From NCBI GenBank assembly GCA_964188305.1, contig OZ076895.1: a stretch of DNA of 64,000 nt. The stretch is one strand, 5' to 3'. Made by a program: the position numbers and the translations under genes. The stretch comes from Podarcis bocagei (Eukaryota). Below the pieces are notes generated by a model, which was not told the DNA's origin, searched no databases, and saw only the letters and a program-made list of their open reading frames with translations. Numbering within the stretch: the stretch's first letter is position 1; the number at the start of each line of letters is the position of its first letter. This document shows positions 62,893 to 64,000 of the stretch, piece after piece.

Positions 62893-64000
62893 GGGGGATT
62901 TGCATTTCCCCCAGTCAAGGGAAAGCATAACTTAATTTCACTACACCTCTCAGCAGAGCACATACACCAGCCAACTTGTAAACCAACCAACCAACCAACC
63001 AACCAACCAACCAACCAACCAGGAGACCATTTGCTTAGCATGCAACCCCTTTAATCCTGCCGCTTCCATTACCGTAATTGACTCCTTGGCCTAGCAAGCA
63101 GAGACACCTGAATCCCACCTCCCTGCTTTAGCCTTTGCTCTTGATTGGATATCCTAGCCAGAGAGCGGGGAGAGAACAGCAACTCCTGTTTAGAGGCAAT
63201 GTGGTGGCACCTTTAACCCCAGCACTATCTCATTTGTCAGATCGGAAAATTCCGCCTACCTTCTGAGTTTGCGGTTGGTGAATTTAGATACCTCAGAACA
63301 AACTGACCTGTAAAGCTTCTTTTCCTCCTTTTAAAAAGTCTCCCTCCAGGATCTCGTAACATGATTTTTTGTGGTAAGTGGGATTTCACTGCAGCAGCCC
63401 CCCCCCAAAAAAAATAATAGCATCTGTACCTTTAAGAAGAAAAGCAGAAGAGTTCCTGTTGGTTTTCTAAAATTCCTGTATAATAAAATAAATTAAAAAT
63501 AAAAATAAGGAGGGCTGAGGAATTTTAGGGAAATCCAGCCCCCCCCCCCCCGGCTAACAGGCATGGAGTCTTCTGCTGTGGTGTTGTTTCTCTGAGTGTG
63601 GCAATTAAGTGTAAAAGCTTCAAAACTGCACCTACTGTGTTTTCTTATGCATGTCTGTATGAACGCAGATTGTGTTAATTCATCAAATTGTAGTGGCAAT
63701 TTATCACATTCTTCATTCTTGCTTTCTGGAAGAAAGAAAAGCGCAACCTAAAAAACAAGGGGAAAATGTACATTTATATTTCTTTATTGAAACATAAGCA
63801 AAAGATTACTGCCGTTTGTATAACATGAGATCAACTTGTACAACAGTCTAAGCATTCTCCTATTTTCTTAGACTATGTGAATAATTGTTTGTATTGCTTT
63901 TGCTTTATTATTGTTTGTAGTTCTTTTTGCATTATTCTTATATTCTTTGGATATTCTTAAAATAGAAACATTGTTTATAATTTGAATAAACCAGGGCTAA

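Noticed and set aside
1-64000. Prokaryotic systems (CRISPR, operons, defence islands) or rRNA
   Set aside because: Vertebrate exon-intron DNA; no repeat-spacer arrays or rRNA-like sequence seen.

Overview
Eukaryotic genomic DNA from a squamate reptile (Sauria SINEs and tRNA-derived squamate SINEs; a lacertid-type lizard is my inference). The ORF track hides the main content, which I reconstructed by hand from splice signals. (1) 85..38639 (+) holds the last 10 coding exons of a sperm phospholipase C zeta gene (PLCZ1 'segment A': end of EF-hands, X, XY-linker, Y, C2), with intact catalytic residues, a stop codon and a polyA signal. (2) 49526..50350 (-) is the single-coding-exon CAPZA3, whose C-terminus looks shortened by in-frame stops. 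(3) A CpG island with clustered CRE motifs at ~56.1 kb is followed by the first three coding exons of a PLCZ1 gene ('segment B', 56396..61043, +), whose first coding intron is a U12-type AT-AC intron. The order PLCZ1(3' part) -> CAPZA3(-) -> PLCZ1(5' part) means either a tandem PLCZ1 duplication or a scaffold mis-order. The two segments share no exons inside this window, so the window alone cannot decide. Introns are rich in transposons: a young 5'-truncated L1/Tx1-clade LINE with a perfect 20-bp TSD, an uninterrupted Tc1 transposase ORF, three Penelope-like insertions (two carry minimal hammerhead ribozyme motifs, two are fold-back palindromes), L2 and RTE fragments, Sauria SINEs, and hAT and Tc1/mariner MITEs. 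There are three N gaps.
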